The position numbers were made by a program, and so were the translations under genes. A DNA stretch of 63,440 nt, the filler included, from Octopus bimaculoides (Eukaryota): NCBI RefSeq assembly GCF_001194135.2. It is 5 parts of 5 records of this genome, joined end to end, with 100 filler letters (N's around TTAATTAATTAA, not from the genome) between each part and the next. Parts side by side here need not be neighbours in the genome. Positions count along the whole stretch, not along the records: positions 16,379 to 35,851 come from NC_068985.1; positions 35,952 to 58,600 come from NC_069010.1; 3 more parts are not named here. One strand, given 5' to 3'. Of this stretch, positions 25,130-38,356 are shown piece by piece. Under the pieces are notes generated by a model that was not told the origin of the DNA, made no database searches, and saw nothing but the letters and a program-made list of their open reading frames with translations. Numbering within the stretch: position 1 is the first letter of the stretch; every line of letters starts with the position of its first letter.

Positions 25130-26545
25130 GTAGAATGGTTTCGTAACATTAATGACAAACATAACACCAAATTTATCCATCAATTAACCCTATTATATTA
25201 AACAAAGCACTTTGGTTTGCTCACAATAAGGCGGGCCTCCCTAGAGAGGAATTTAAAGTCATTACAGCACCAAGAAATTCTATTATTAAATTCAATAATA
25301 AACTATGGATACGTAAGGACACCCCAGAAGGATTTGATGTCCCTATGGGAAGTTCCGACTCAGCACAAATAGCTGATTTGGTCTGCACATACATTCTTTA
25401 TGAATTAGAAGACCAATTCCCAAATGTTAAGGGTGGTCTATACAGAGACGACTGTTTGCTCTATTTGAATAATACCACAAACCAAAAAATACAAAAAGTT
25501 AAAAATAGACTAGCTAGGTTTTTCAGTAAAATGGGCTTTAGTATAATATTTGAAGACGAAACATCTATAGCTAACTTCCTGGATGTCACTCTAGACCTAC
25601 ATACAAAAACTTTCTTCTCTTATCACAAACCCTCCACTAACCTTAAATACATTAGCAAGTTCAGTAATCATCCAAATTCGGAATATTTCATTTAGATTAT
25701 CCAATTTATCCACTAACGAAAATACTTTCAATAAGGAAGCTGAATTTTATAACTCAGCCTTATTAAAAGCAGGGTATAGACAAAAAGTTAGCTATATTTA
25801 TTCTACTTATGAAAACGATTCCCCTATTAATAATAATAATAATAATAATATAGATTTTAATATTAATAGCAACAATGAATTTAATTATCACTCTCATCAG
25901 AATTTTTAACGATAATAACCAGCCAAATATTTCTTCACGAAATAGGGGAAATAACTGTCAGTTTAAACCCTTTTTTAACAATAATAATAATAACAAATTA
26001 AAACTATTTAGAAACAACACTAGCAAATATTCTAAACCAGATTCCAATAAAAATGTCTGAATGATACTACCTTTTAGTAAAAATGTAAAATCAAACTTGG
26101 TGTCCCAGTTCCAAAATGCCGTTAATAAGAATTTTCCAAAACATTCTCATTACTTCCCAGTCATAAATACGCACAGAGTTAGATTTGGTTTCTCTAACAC
26201 GAAAAACATCTCACAAATAATATTCGCACATAATATGAGGCTTTTACATCCGCAAGAGAGTACCAACAGNNNNNNNNNNCTAATCATTTTTCTTCTTTTA
26301 GAGACAGAAACAAACGAAATACCACGAGCCTTAGTAAATTAATTTGGGAACTTAAAGACAATAACATAAAATTTAAACTAGAATGGTTTATTCTTTCTAT
26401 TTCTAGGCCATATGAAAAGGGTGGAAGATTCTGTTCCTTATGTAATACCGAAATGTTCTTCATTTTATTTTCAAAGAATAAACTGGTAAACACGTTCATT
26501 GAAAACTCTTATAGATGTAAGCATTGGCAGCAACACGTGTTTACA
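25130..26545 (+). mobile_element. Second YRDD-type Penelope-like element (RT plus GIY-YIG remnant)
   Basis: MGSSDSAQIADLV; GGLYRDD; ANFLDVTLDL; RVRFGFSNTKN; IWELKD...FCSLCNTE. Paralogous to 16410-18208. Confidence 0.85.
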
Positions 26546-27479
26546 GCGATTAAATAGCATTCTCAACCAGATTCCCTTTTTTTACAAAACTCTATTAAAT
26601 TAACTCGTAATAAATGAGTTCCTCAAATAGTTCTAGAAAAATATGACATTCACTCCCTCATATGTTAAAAGATATCATAGATTGATTAAGTTTGACATAT
26701 CTTATCTAAATATTCTTTATTTGTAAACCTAAATTAGAACTCATATAAAATCTTTAAACACAAAATAGCGCATCATTTTTAGTTTAATTCATAATAAAAT
26801 TTTCCTACATCAATTTTCCTACATCATTCATTAACGACTTCCAATCTATTCACCAATTTGCTTAGCAATAAGAGTTATTTGTATTCTTAGCTTTCTTAGT
26901 GAGAGTTTTCTAAATCTACGATCCTAATTCATCATTTCAACGTTCCTAGAAACATCTTTAGTCATAAAACAATCATAGTTTAAGTATTTATTCTCGTAAC
27001 AAGATTTATCCCAAACATTTAAATTTCTCATTATATGACGCATAATTTACTGATCAACATAATATTATTTTATTTTTAAATCTCGATAAAACTTTTACAC
27101 TAATAGATTTGTTACAGAATTACTGTAGTAAACCTTATTTATAATATTAACTTTGCCTTCTTAAGCAATATTTATTCTTTTAACCGCTATTTCAGCCCAA
27201 CGTTTCTTACATATATTAATAAAATAATCAATTTATGTAGATTAATAGACCACCCATTAACTTTATTATTTATCTATTTATTAATTAATTTTCGATCATT
27301 CAATATCTCATTTACTAATATACGAATTGCCTTCCGATAAATATCCCTCCACTTTATTACTAATTACCACACATCGACAGTATTTATATACGTACTAAGG
27401 AGTGTATAATTTTACGTATGAATCTCTATGTAAATACGTGTAACAACACATACATAAAAGGTATATATATATGTGTGTG

Positions 27480-29710
27480 ATCTTACTACTGAGGTGGTAA
27501 CTATAAAAAAGTTGACTAACCCATGGCCACAGATGAAGGTACCTGTCACTATACCTTTCATACGCGTCTTCCATACTCTTTCTTTCAGTATGGCTACTAC
27601 GCAGAAAAAAGACGACTTCTTTTCCCTGTTGACGAAAGGGGGCCGTACAATCTGGATGATAGACTCAGCTGATAGACGTACTCTTCCCATTACTGACAAC
27701 AGTTGTTTGGCAAAAGCTATCAGTCCCGATAACTCCGGACACTCCACGAATGCGTACAAGACTGTTTCCTTATCCTGCATACATCGCGGGCATATCAGCG
27801 AGACAGCACCTCCGTGCCTTGAGAGCTTATTACAAACAGGTGCACGGAAACACTGCCAGGCCAGGGATTTCTGGTAATTATCCAGATACCTCGGCCCGAA
27901 CGTCTTCAGATATAAATTCCACTAACCTGCTATAGAAATCCACGCAGGAACTCCTGTTGCCGGCATTGCTCGCCCGAGAGAGTAGCTGAAGTGCCTGACG
28001 GCACTCCAAATGCCATTCCCCAGTTTAGATCTCCGCTTGATCCATGCACCGATGTCCGTTAAGGACATTAACTGAGGAAGGTAAAACTGAATGTGCGGTG
28101 ACCACACCTGCTCTCCGTCCAGGTAAAGCCAGAGATACTTCAACCTTAATGCGAGTTTCCGCATCTTCAGTCAAGGCATCCATAACCCACACTTTAGCGG
28201 CTTTTGGCAGCAGACAGAGCGCTTCACAAGTGACTTTCCTCCCTTTCACAAAAAAATGGAAGAGGATTCTTTCCAACTTGTTCAGCCACAAATCGGAGCA
28301 AGGCACCACGGTCGGACGGTATGTGATAACAGATGCTTTAAACATCTGCACCACCTCCGCCTTTCCTAGCAAAGAAAAAACCCACCCAGACCACGTCTGG
28401 GTTAGAGCAGTCACCTTGCTGGTTAGCTCACTCCAATTCTTCTGTATCTGGATATCTGGGCTACACCAGACTCCTAGCAACTTAACAGGACCTTCCGTCT
28501 AACGTCCCACAACTTTATTGGACGCCATCGGATTGCCTCTCAAGGAGACGAGTTGCAAACCGACTGACTTGTCCTTGTTAAATTTTACTCCTGCCCCCGC
28601 TTCGTAACCTAACTTTGATGGCCTCTTCCACGAAGGGAAGTTGACCCTCATCAGCCACAAGAACGAAGATGTCATCAGCGTATGCTGTAGGTCCTCTTCC
28701 ATGCCATAGATCATGAGGCGCGCCTCCCAGTGCCTCCAACTTCCGCGGCAATGGTTCAAGAGCCAACACATATAGAAGCGAGACAGGGGACACCCCTGAC
28801 GAACTGAACGCTCGATGATGGTTGGCTTCGAAAAGAAACCGTTCGCTTTGATGACAAACTGGATGTCGCTGTACAAGGCAGCAATCCAACCGCGAAAGGT
28901 CGGGCCCAGGCCAGCCTTCTCGAGGAACGCTGCCAAGTACCGATGTCGACCCTATCAAATGCCTTAGCCTGGTCTAAATGCACCAGTGCTTCCCCTGCGT
29001 CAGAACGTTTCCTAACCCTCTCTAAGGAATAGCGTATAAGGTCAGTCCACGACCCACGCCAACCTTTTTGCTAGCACCTTGGCCAAAATCTATAACTCTG
29101 TGTTTAACAGAGTTATAGGTCTAAAGTGACCTATCTCGTCCCCCTTGCCCGGTTCCTTTCTGATCAACGTCACCACCTGCCGGCTCGCAGACTTGGGAAT
29201 TCTCCCATTCTGCTGCCAGTTGACGTAAACGCTAGCCAGCAGGTGCTCGAATTAGTCTGCCATACTTTTATAAAATCCATAAGGTAGACCATCGAGACCC
29301 GGCGACTTCTCCCCGGGGCACNNNNNNNNNNNNNNNNNNNNNNNNNNNNNNNNNNNNNNNNNNNNNNNNNNNNNNNNNNNNNNNNNNNNNNNNNNNNNNN
29401 NNNNNNNNNNNNNNNNNNNNNNNNNNNNNNNNNNNNNNNNNNNNNNNNNNNNNNNNNNNNNNNNNNNNNNNNNNNNNNNNNNNNNNNNNNNNNNNNNNNN
29501 NNNNNNNNNNNNNNNNNNNNNNNNNNNNNNNNNNNNNNNNNNNNNNNNNNNNNNNNNNNNNNNNNNNNNNNNNNNNNNNNNNNNNNNNNNNNNNNNNNNN
29601 NNNNNNNNNATTGTGACATCGTTGCCACGCTGGGTTTCTATCGTACGGGCCCATCTGGCAACATTAATTTCCTCACGGCTCAATGCTCGCACTTTTGCCC
29701 GAACTCCGCG
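27480..29710 (-). mobile_element. Tx1/L1-clade LINE, 3' half of ORF2 (RT, zinc finger)
   Basis: KSPGLDGLP; LDQAKAFDRVD; VRQGCPLS; AYADD; CPRC...ETVLYAFVEC. Confidence 0.9.
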
Positions 29711-30972
29711 GGCAATGATCTGTTAATGATCTGTTACAGATAGATTTAAAATCTGTGGCAAAGAAAACTTTTATACTTTTATTTTAAGCAACGTAAAGAA
29801 ACCTTTTACAGCATGAATCACATTTTAACAAGCGGAATTGGGCACTGAAACAAGACACGTAGAAGTGGAGATGCAATAAGATCTTTATGGAAATTGGCAA
29901 GTGGGTGGACCCGTAGAGCGTTTAAACCAATAAACTACATGTAACACCTATCAAATTTATCAAATTCCAAAGGGTCTAGCAGCTCAGAGGGGAGTTCTAC
30001 CATTTTCCACCAACTGAAGCTGACATGCTCGGACTTGGTCGGGGAGGCATTTTTCAAAGGATCGCATACAGCCTAAATCACCAATAAAATCGGCTACCAG
30101 AGCTTTCCAGAAAGATGGTTGCACTATTTCTCATAGAAGATTCGTTTTGAAATTAAAAAAAAAAAAACTGAAAAAAAACGACTAGGAGGATGTGGTTGGT
30201 ACAGAATACCAGCATCACTATGTTGCGGGAGAAACGAGAAGGCATCTCAAAGCATTGTGTGGGTAAACGCCAATTTAGTCCTCGTTGTTGCACTCACACG
30301 AAATGTAGAGATTAATGGTTGAAATGCTTGTGATTCTGAAACACCTACTGGGGATTCAGAAACGTTCCAACAATGCGATAGTGTGCAAAGTGCATACCTT
30401 ATTAATAGATGGTTTTTAAAGTTACTGCTTTGATTCGACAAAGTATTTTTGATGTTTACAATGCTCTGCTTCTTTGAGAAAAGTCCGGCAAAAGAATTTA
30501 CTCACAATACACCAAACACTCCGCCCTAAAAGTAATACCACACACTTCCTATCAAGAAAGGAAGGAATCATATGATTGCTAATCGCATAATATACCGTTA
30601 TACCTGCAAACTCATATTCAAAAGCTAATTTTCTAAATGACAATTGGGTTCTATAGAAAAACAAATATCTCATTAGACAAGATCAACAACTTTAGAACAA
30701 GCGAATGAGTTATCATTTGTTGAATGAAGTAGGCCATAAACACAAAGAAGCAATTGACACGATCATACCATGCTACTCAAATTTCTATTCTCTGAAAACG
30801 TTGAGCTCAAATTGGCTCCTAGGTACAAAGGTCAATAAGACAATTCATGGATGTTAAGACATGTGTAACGTGAAAAATGTACCAAACATAGTACGAAGGA
30901 GTGCTGAAAAAAAGTTCATTGGTTGAGTATGGATGAATGGTACTAGAGCTGTGAAACCTTGCATACGTCACT

Positions 30973-31002
30973 TTGAAGAATATAGGTGCAGGCGTCACTG
31001 TG
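30973..31002 (+). mobile_element. SINE 5' head cut off at the Tx1 5' junction
   Basis: GGTGCAGGCGTCACTGTGTGGTAAGAAGCTTGCTTCCC matches SINE heads at 41358 and (reverse) 59170-59208. Confidence 0.6.
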
Positions 31003-33230
31003 TGGTAAGAAGCTTGCTTCCCTCACTGCTGCTTGGAAGTGTTTTTCTTCCTCTCGGTAAGCGTTTTTGCTGTGTTATTGCTGTTGCTGTTGTTTCATTG
31101 TTGGATTACCTATTGGATTTTGTTGCTGAACCCGAGGATTTGTTGTTGAACTGTTTTGTTCCCCGGTTTTCCCGGGGAATAATTTGTTAAAAAATTATTG
31201 AACTTTATTTGTTGGTCATTGTGGCATTTTGTTAAATTATCCATGAAAAATGTGCTCTTGTGGAGAGCAATGTTGATGTTGGCAGCTGTGACAACACTGT
31301 TAAAAAGTTTTCAGCGGTTGCGCAGTGGCAACCGAAAATATTGATATTCCTTTAGGTATGCTACCGGAATATTTTAAGAGAATGAAGGAGGAGGGAAATC
31401 ATGTTCTGATATCACCCTCCCCCACAGTGTTAGAGACTAAGAAGTGGACCGTAGTGTTTAAAATCATCTGTCCACAAGACATAAGGTTTAAACACTTCGA
31501 AAAAGAGACGATTGAAAAATGCCTGTCCCCGATATAGATGGATATAGTACATATCGCAAGGGGACGGGCATTTGGTTCTGTTGAGGTCCATTTCTCGGGA
31601 GAAGAGGTGGCCCGCAGATATTCCGTGTGTTCCCTGAAGTCCAAAGAGGTGGTACTTCTGCCGGCTTATATGGGACGAAGAACGTCCCGTGTAAAAATCA
31701 ATGAAGTACCACCTGAAGTGGACCTTAAAGAAGTGTTGGCCACCCTGTTGTTTAACAGGACGGACTAAATAAGAGTATTACAGATTGTATGCTCTCTACC
31801 CCAGAATTAGTTCGGGCGGAGCATTACGGTAATAATTCAGGGGACAGAAAAGGACATTCAGGTCGTTCCTGAAAGGGTGCTCGTCGGGGGAGAATGTGGC
31901 CTTAAGGGTACAGGCTGAAGGCCGAAAGCCCACCTGTTGCCAATGGGGTAACATCGATTTACCTAAAGAGAAGGAAGGAGCTGATTCACGTGTGGTGATG
32001 TCGGCCCCAACTTCTCCAACGAAAAATAAGTAGAACCTTTACTTTTCACAGTGGCCTTTCTCACCCTTGGTTATTTAAATGTGCGTGGTTTGAGTTCGAA
32101 GTGGAAGCAGGCTTGTTTCATCGACGACCTCAGATCACATGATATACATGTGATGGTTGCTACAGAGACCAAGCTGGACAGTCTACAGGCCTTCTCGCCT
32201 CTCCTGAATGGCTATGAGAAAATCATGTCTCCTGGCCAGACCGGAGGACAACGAGGTGTGTTGGTACTGATCCGTAAACGCTTGACTCTGCCGTCTATGT
32301 GGACCTTGAGGGTGGGCTGGTCGTCCTTGATGTGACATACAGCAGTAAGGCCTTCAAGTTAATCGGACTCTATGTCCTTGTACTAGAGGTTTCCAAACTG
32401 ATTTTTATCGGCGCCTAGAGAACTTTCTCGTGACGTCGAAGACATTAATGTTCGTAGGGGACTTTAACGCTATCGTTGACGCACGCATGGATAGCGTTGG
32501 CTCGACCGGTAGGAAAGTGAGCTCACATCTCGTAGATCTGTTTAAGCATTTTCAGTTGGCAGATCGTTACAAGCTTGACCATCCTGACATCCCAGAGTGG
32601 ACTGGATTTGTGGTTAAAGATAGATACAAGAGCAAAAGATAGGGCTAGCTTTAGTTGTCCACAGCTTGTTCAGGTGTCCTACACTGACCATAGAATGGTT
32701 AAGTGTAAACTGGACATAGATAGTACACTTGAGAGAGGATCCGGCAACTGGAAGCTTTAACAAGTCTATTTTCACTTGTGAGGCATGCAGTAGCCGGATT
32801 AAGGAGTTAGTGCAGAGGGCGTCAATCGGCGCCGTGGTTAATAACCGGTGGTGGTTCGCCTTCAAAAGAGCCATTCGATTCGAGTCCATTAGGTTTAGCA
32901 AACAGCTAAGAATAGATAGGGCTAGAATAGAGGGGTAATTAGTTAAGGACTTGGAGGAGGCGTTGAGATTGGGCTCTGCATCGCACATTTTGGCAGCGAG
33001 AACGGCATTGGGCCGTCACCGCAAAGCCAAGCATGAGGGGCGCGGAGTTCGGGCAAAAGTGCGAGCATTGAGCCGTGAGGAAATTAATGTTGCCAGATGG
33101 GCCCGTACGATAGAAACCCAGCGTGGCAACGATGTCACAATTAGATCTCTTATCGACGAAAACGTATGCTCGGTCGAAGGACGGGACGAGATGTGTGAGG
33201 CGCTTTACAAGCACTTTGCCGAGTTGGATG
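31003..33230 (+). mobile_element. Tx1/L1-clade LINE, 5' half (5'UTR, ORF1, AP endonuclease, linker)
   Basis: ORF1 HIARGRAFGSVEVHF...LLPAYMGRRTSRV; APE LGYLNVRGL, VATETK, VGDFNA, TDHRMV. Confidence 0.88.
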
Positions 33231-33521
33231 TGAACTTTGAGTGCTGGATCTGTTGCTTTGTCTTGTCTCTGATCTTGACAATACTCTCTCAAAAAATCAG
33301 TCTCCCACCATCAATCAAAATGCACTTTAAATACTAAAAATATCTTTAAATAATATATTATTGATGCATTCAATTTTGATAATATAATGAATATTATATT
33401 ATCGAATGTATTCAAATAAATACTTCAAATAAAACTGTATTAATGATAATATTTTTCTCCTTCAAATGTGCGTGGAGAAATAAAGTATTCTATTACAAAT
33501 ATATATAGGAAAATATATATG

Positions 33522-33603
<82 letters not shown>

Positions 33604-33840
33604 TATCATATATGTATATATCCGTTCATATACATATATATACACATATATACACAAATATACAAATATATACATGCCTATATATACATAAATATGTATA
33701 TATATATAACTATATATGTGTGTGTGCGTGTGTGTGTATGTGTGTGTATATAACAAGCACAATAACTAGTTGTAAAATTTGAAGAAGAGATCAGAATAGT
33801 AATTATTCTAATAAATATAGTTATTCACCACATCAGAGTA

Positions 33841-34059
33841 GTTGTTCCATGTCACTATTAGTTTCACCTCAGGCAGATCTTCTGCCAGCTGGTTATCGGT
33901 GCGACACTGCACCATCTCTATTGCTAGCAGGGTGAGAGAACACCTACTCTCTAGCAGACAACATGATCGCGCGACTAACTCAGTATCGAGCTGCTTGGCC
34001 CCCTTATCCAGCTGGCAGGAGATCTGCCTGGGGTTAAACTAATAGTAACATGGAACAAC
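33841..34059. mobile_element. 219-bp MITE with ~52-bp TIRs
   Basis: GTTGTTCCATGTCACTATTAGTTTCACCTCAGGCAGATCTTCTGCCAGCTGG versus the reverse complement of the right end GTTGTTCCATGTTACTATTAGTTTAACCCCAGGCAGATCTCCTGCCAGCTGG. Confidence 0.8.
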
Positions 34060-34204
34060 CATTTTGATATGCAATTAACTTTACTTGTTATCATAGTTAC
34101 TACTCTGATCATTTTGCTTGCTACAAATCAGTAATCGATGTGCGCTTTGTTTACAATATATTGCTGGCTGGAGCGGACCGCGGCTAACGCTCTGGCGATG
34201 AGGT

Positions 34205-34348
34205 AGTCGCGACTGAGGAATGGCCAACGAGCTTGAAACTGTGTCAATCTCGCGATGTCATTGTCTGCTAGAGAATGGCAGGGTTCGCTCTCCCTGCTAG
34301 CAATATACAGGGTACAGCTGGCGGAGGAAGATCTACGTGGGTTAAACT
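34205..34348 (-). mobile_element. Diverged inverted partial copy of the 33841 MITE
   Basis: Reverse complement shares GTTACTA-TAGTTTAACC, AGATCTT, GCCAGCTG, TATTGCTAGCAGGG, CTCTAGCAGACAA. Confidence 0.65.
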
Positions 34349-34419
34349 AGTAGTAACAGGGAAGAAACGCTGAAAATCAAAGACGCACCACATTGCAGTA
34401 CCACATCACCGGGCGAGGA

Positions 34420-34760
34420 ATTGCGAATGAAACGAATTGTAACAAAATTTGTGCTTCGCTTGCTCACGGAAGATCACAAGCAGTCACGATTGAATTTGTG
34501 TCATGAACTGGTCATAACTGGAGATGAAAGCTGGTGCTATGAAATTTTCAGAAGTCGAAGAGATGAACAAAAAGCGGCTGAAGGGTGAAAAGCTTCACTT
34601 CTCGAGAGTTCCAGCACTACTTCAAACAGTGGAAAACTAGAATGGACCAATGCGTTGCTTCAAATGGAGAATATTTTCATGGCGTTAAAAGTGTAAACAT
34701 CTAAAGCTAAGTGAATAAAATAATACTGCAGAATTCCGGTTTGTTTTGGGTACCCCTCGT
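34420..34760 (+). mobile_element. Internally deleted mariner remnant with right TIR
   Basis: MKRIVTKFVLRLLT, ITGDESWCY, WKTRMDQCVASNGEYF; ends in GGGTACCCCTCG-TA. Confidence 0.75.
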
Positions 34761-35334
34761 ATACGCACACATACACCCACATATATATTTATATATATAT
34801 ATAAATATATATATATAAATATATATATATATACATATATAAATATATACATATATACATCTATATACACATATATACAGACGAAGACAGGTGGTGTAGA
34901 AAACAAATAGATGTATTAGTATAACGCTCGGGAATTGAAAAAGTCTTTAACCTTTCGAGCCTACGCTCTTCCACAGAAATGAACACAGAAACAAACAAGG
35001 AGAGAAACAAGGTAAGAAAGAAAATGTGTGTAGTGGTTAGCGGTCTNNNNNNNNNNNNNNNNNNNNNNNNNNNNNNNNNNNNNNNNNNNNNNNNNNNNNN
35101 NNNNNNNNNNNNNNNNNNNNNNNNNNNNNNNNNNNNNNNNNNNNNNNNNNNNNNNNNNNNNNNNNNNNNNNNNNNNNNNNNNNNNNNNNNNNNNNNNNNN
35201 NNNNNNNNNNNNNNNNNNNNNNNNNNNNNNNNNNNNNNNNNNNNNNNNNNNNNNNNNNNNNNNNNNNNNNNNNNNNNNNNNNNNNNNNNNNNNNNNNNNN
35301 NNNNNNNNNNNNNNNNNNNNNNNNNNNNNNNNNT

Positions 35335-35710
35335 ACACAACCACTCGGGAACTTCGCCTACAAGAACTGAAAATAACACTGATTGAACGTCAATACCCAC
35401 CTACACTTATAGACCATGGTATTAAACGTGCCAAGAAATTGGACACAAACACACTAAGGACAACAAAACAAAACACCACACCTCACCTTAAATCACTTCT
35501 ATACATATCAATCCACAACCTCAGGAAAAATGAAGCATACAACACAATTACACAAAATCTCCCTCTGCTCACTCAAGACCCGAAACTGTACAGCATCCTA
35601 AATACACACAAACTAGTAGAATGCAAAAGACAAGACAAATCAATCAAGGGACTCCTAACAAATGCAAAACTATACTCAATACAAACGATACCAACTTTTA
35701 AAAAATGCAG
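35335..35710 (+). mobile_element. Penelope-like RT thumb/linker fragment
   Basis: RLQELKITLIERQYPPTLIDHGIKRA...KRQDKSIKGLLTNAK. Confidence 0.7.
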
Positions 35711-35759
35711 ACGAAGAAGGAGGAGAGAGGATAATAATAATAATAATAATAATAATAAT

Positions 35760-35851
35760 TACCCACCAATGGTTGATGGCCTCTGGCTTGAAATCAGAAA
35801 CAGAGGGGTTTATCATAGCAGCCCAAGATCAATGCCTATCTACAAAGAACT
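35760..35851 (+). mobile_element. R4/Dong LINE fragment starting at (AAT)n
   Basis: WLMASGLKSETEGFIIAAQDQCL, homologous to ~23590-23670. Confidence 0.7.
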
Positions 35852-37074
35852 NNNNNNNNNNNNNNNNNNNNNNNNNNNNNNNNNNNNNNNNNNNNTTAAT
35901 TAATTAANNNNNNNNNNNNNNNNNNNNNNNNNNNNNNNNNNNNNNNNNNNNCCATTCCCACCACTCTGTAACACATACTGCAGTAGATTTATTAGAGAGG
36001 AGAAATGAGAAAATGACAATTAGAAATAACAGATATCAAATAAAATTAGGTAGGATGTGGTTCGAGAATGTTTAGATGATATTCTAGATATAAATTTGAA
36101 TCATTAAGCAAACATGATATAATAAAATGTATTGGGCAAACAGATTACATACAGCTGACAGAGGAGAAAGAGATGGCATACAATATATAGATGATATACA
36201 ATATATAAATGGCATAATAGATTTAGAGGATTTACTAGATATAGATGTTATACTGGATAGATGACATACTATGATAGATTTAGATGATATGTTTGAAGAG
36301 ATGACATACAAGATATGGATAAATCTACTATATGTAGCTCAACTGCAATACATAGATTACAAGCTCCAAGATATAAGTGATATACTAGCAATAACTGGCA
36401 AACGGTATTGTCACATAAGTGTTGTGGCGAAAGTCGCTAGGTATTGCGAAGCTGCAAAATATTGCTGAGTAAAATACCAGTTATATTTGACATGAAAGAT
36501 TTAGCTGGATAAGCATTCTAAATATGACTGGAAATTATAGTAGATATATCTGAAATTGTAGGTATTGGAAATATTTTATTCCTTGACACGTCCTTTATAG
36601 AAAATGATTTTCAGAAGAGAATATTCTGAACCTTTTAGGAATTTTGCTACATCGTAATGGAATTCTATCATGTTCTGATAAATACAATTTTTAAATAGAT
36701 CTGCTTGTATACCTCCCAACCTCTAATACTGCGCAAACGTAGTTAGTTTTACTACTATTTATCTCCCTTAAAATGTTCTCCATTCGAAGCAGTGTGGTTA
36801 AGCTTTAATAGGGATAGGAGTGTGTTAAATGTCCCTCTCGTTCTTTCTTTACATCTCCACCCACACAAATGTATATATACATGTGTGTGTGTGTGTGTGT
36901 GTAAACATATATGTATATATATACATATTAACACAGAAGAATGGGGATATCATACATATTGAATCATCCCGTTTCTGTCAGATTGGCAAATCACAAAACC
37001 TTGCGATATAGTAATACTGCGTATTACTCGACCCTATAGTTACAGGGGGTTCTGTTTTCATGTTATGAGTTCAA

Positions 37075-37210
37075 AATTTCGAGGACGATTTTGCCTTTCA
37101 TTATTTCGGGGTCGATGAATTAAGTACCAGCCGAGCAATAAGGTGGATGTAATCGACAAGCCCCCAGCCACAAAATTGCAGGCCTTGTGCTTATCGTAGA
37201 AAGAATATTA
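37075..37210 (+). mobile_element. Deu/Nin-domain-type SINE fragment
   Basis: TTGCCTTTCATTATTTCGGGGTCGATGAATTAAGTACCAG; same family as 59235-59452. Confidence 0.65.
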
Positions 37211-37707
37211 TAGTCCCTAGATAACCAAATTACCAAATGGTTTCGTGGTATAAATACAGAGGCAAATGCAGCAATCATCAGAAATATCTGAATGGAGTTG
37301 TTGTGGATATTATTCCTTCTGATAACTCCGTTGTCATAAGGATATAATAAGTAATAACAATATATATATGTGTGTGTGTGTGTGTTTATGTATGCACATA
37401 CGCATACACACACAGGAATCTTTATATATATGTGTGCATGTAGGTTGGTATGTAGGACACTCCCTCGACTCCAGTTAATTATGTGTATTTATAAACATGG
37501 AGGAAACTAGATCAAACCAATCCTCTGATATTTGAATATGAACTATTCGATGATAAAACACAATGCTCGGAAATCATGTTGATCCACTGAAATTTAAATC
37601 AACTCATTGCTATTTATTACCAACAACATTTAACGAGAAACTGAGAATTTGATGACCTCATTTTATTATTTTCATTTTCCTATAAACAAAGAAACGTGTT
37701 TGCTTAC

Positions 37708-37779
37708 ATTTTAACTATGCTAGGGAGGAATAAGAAAGCGCCATCTTCATATTTCTCCATTGCGTTGTTGTCCAAATTT
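37708..37779 (-). CDS. LRR exon E9 (72 nt, phase 2-2): NLDNNAMEKYEDGAFLFLPSIVK
   Basis: Acceptor TCTCTTTTTCAG, donor GTAAGC, open frame, xLxxN...F..L consensus. Confidence 0.8.
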
Positions 37780-38140
37780 CTGAAAAAGAGACAAATATTA
37801 CACACTTTAAAATAAGTAAAAGTAAATAAATCTGTTTTCTCTTGTTCAGTACTAAATTACGTTTTAGTCAACACTAACAGAGTAAACGCTGATATTACTC
37901 ACTACAATCGTTTGTTTCTCTTTATAGTTCTTTATGGAAGTGTTGTTTGAACAAGAATAGTTTCCTTCAATCTAACTTAATTATCCTAAGAGAAAATCTG
38001 ATAACAAAAGAGCAAAAGATGGAAGAGGATAAAATATAAATATATAAAAATAACAACGAGACTTTCTTATGTTCACAATATGGGTTTTAATTAAAATTCT
38101 CATCTATGGTAGGAACATTATTCTCCATATAGGCATTGTT

Positions 38141-38287
38141 CTGTGGCTAGAAAATTACTTCTCACTTCCATGGATTCTTTAGTCCAACTGTGTGGCACCT
38201 TGGACAAATGTCATTTACTCTAACTTTGGGTCAACTAAGCGCTGTGAGTAAATTTGCTGCAGGAAAGTATGTGGATTCTATTCATAT

Positions 38288-38356
<69 letters not shown>

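Noticed and set aside
36060-36470. Asp/Ile-rich (plus) and Ser-rich (minus) short ORFs
   Set aside because: Low-complexity GATA/TAGA-rich sequence with stops; no recognisable domain.
36478-36549. 72-nt AG...GT segment starting YIYYN, a possible tenth LRR exon
   Set aside because: In-frame TAA, weak donor (GTATTT) and no LRR consensus after the Asn; at best a pseudo-exon.
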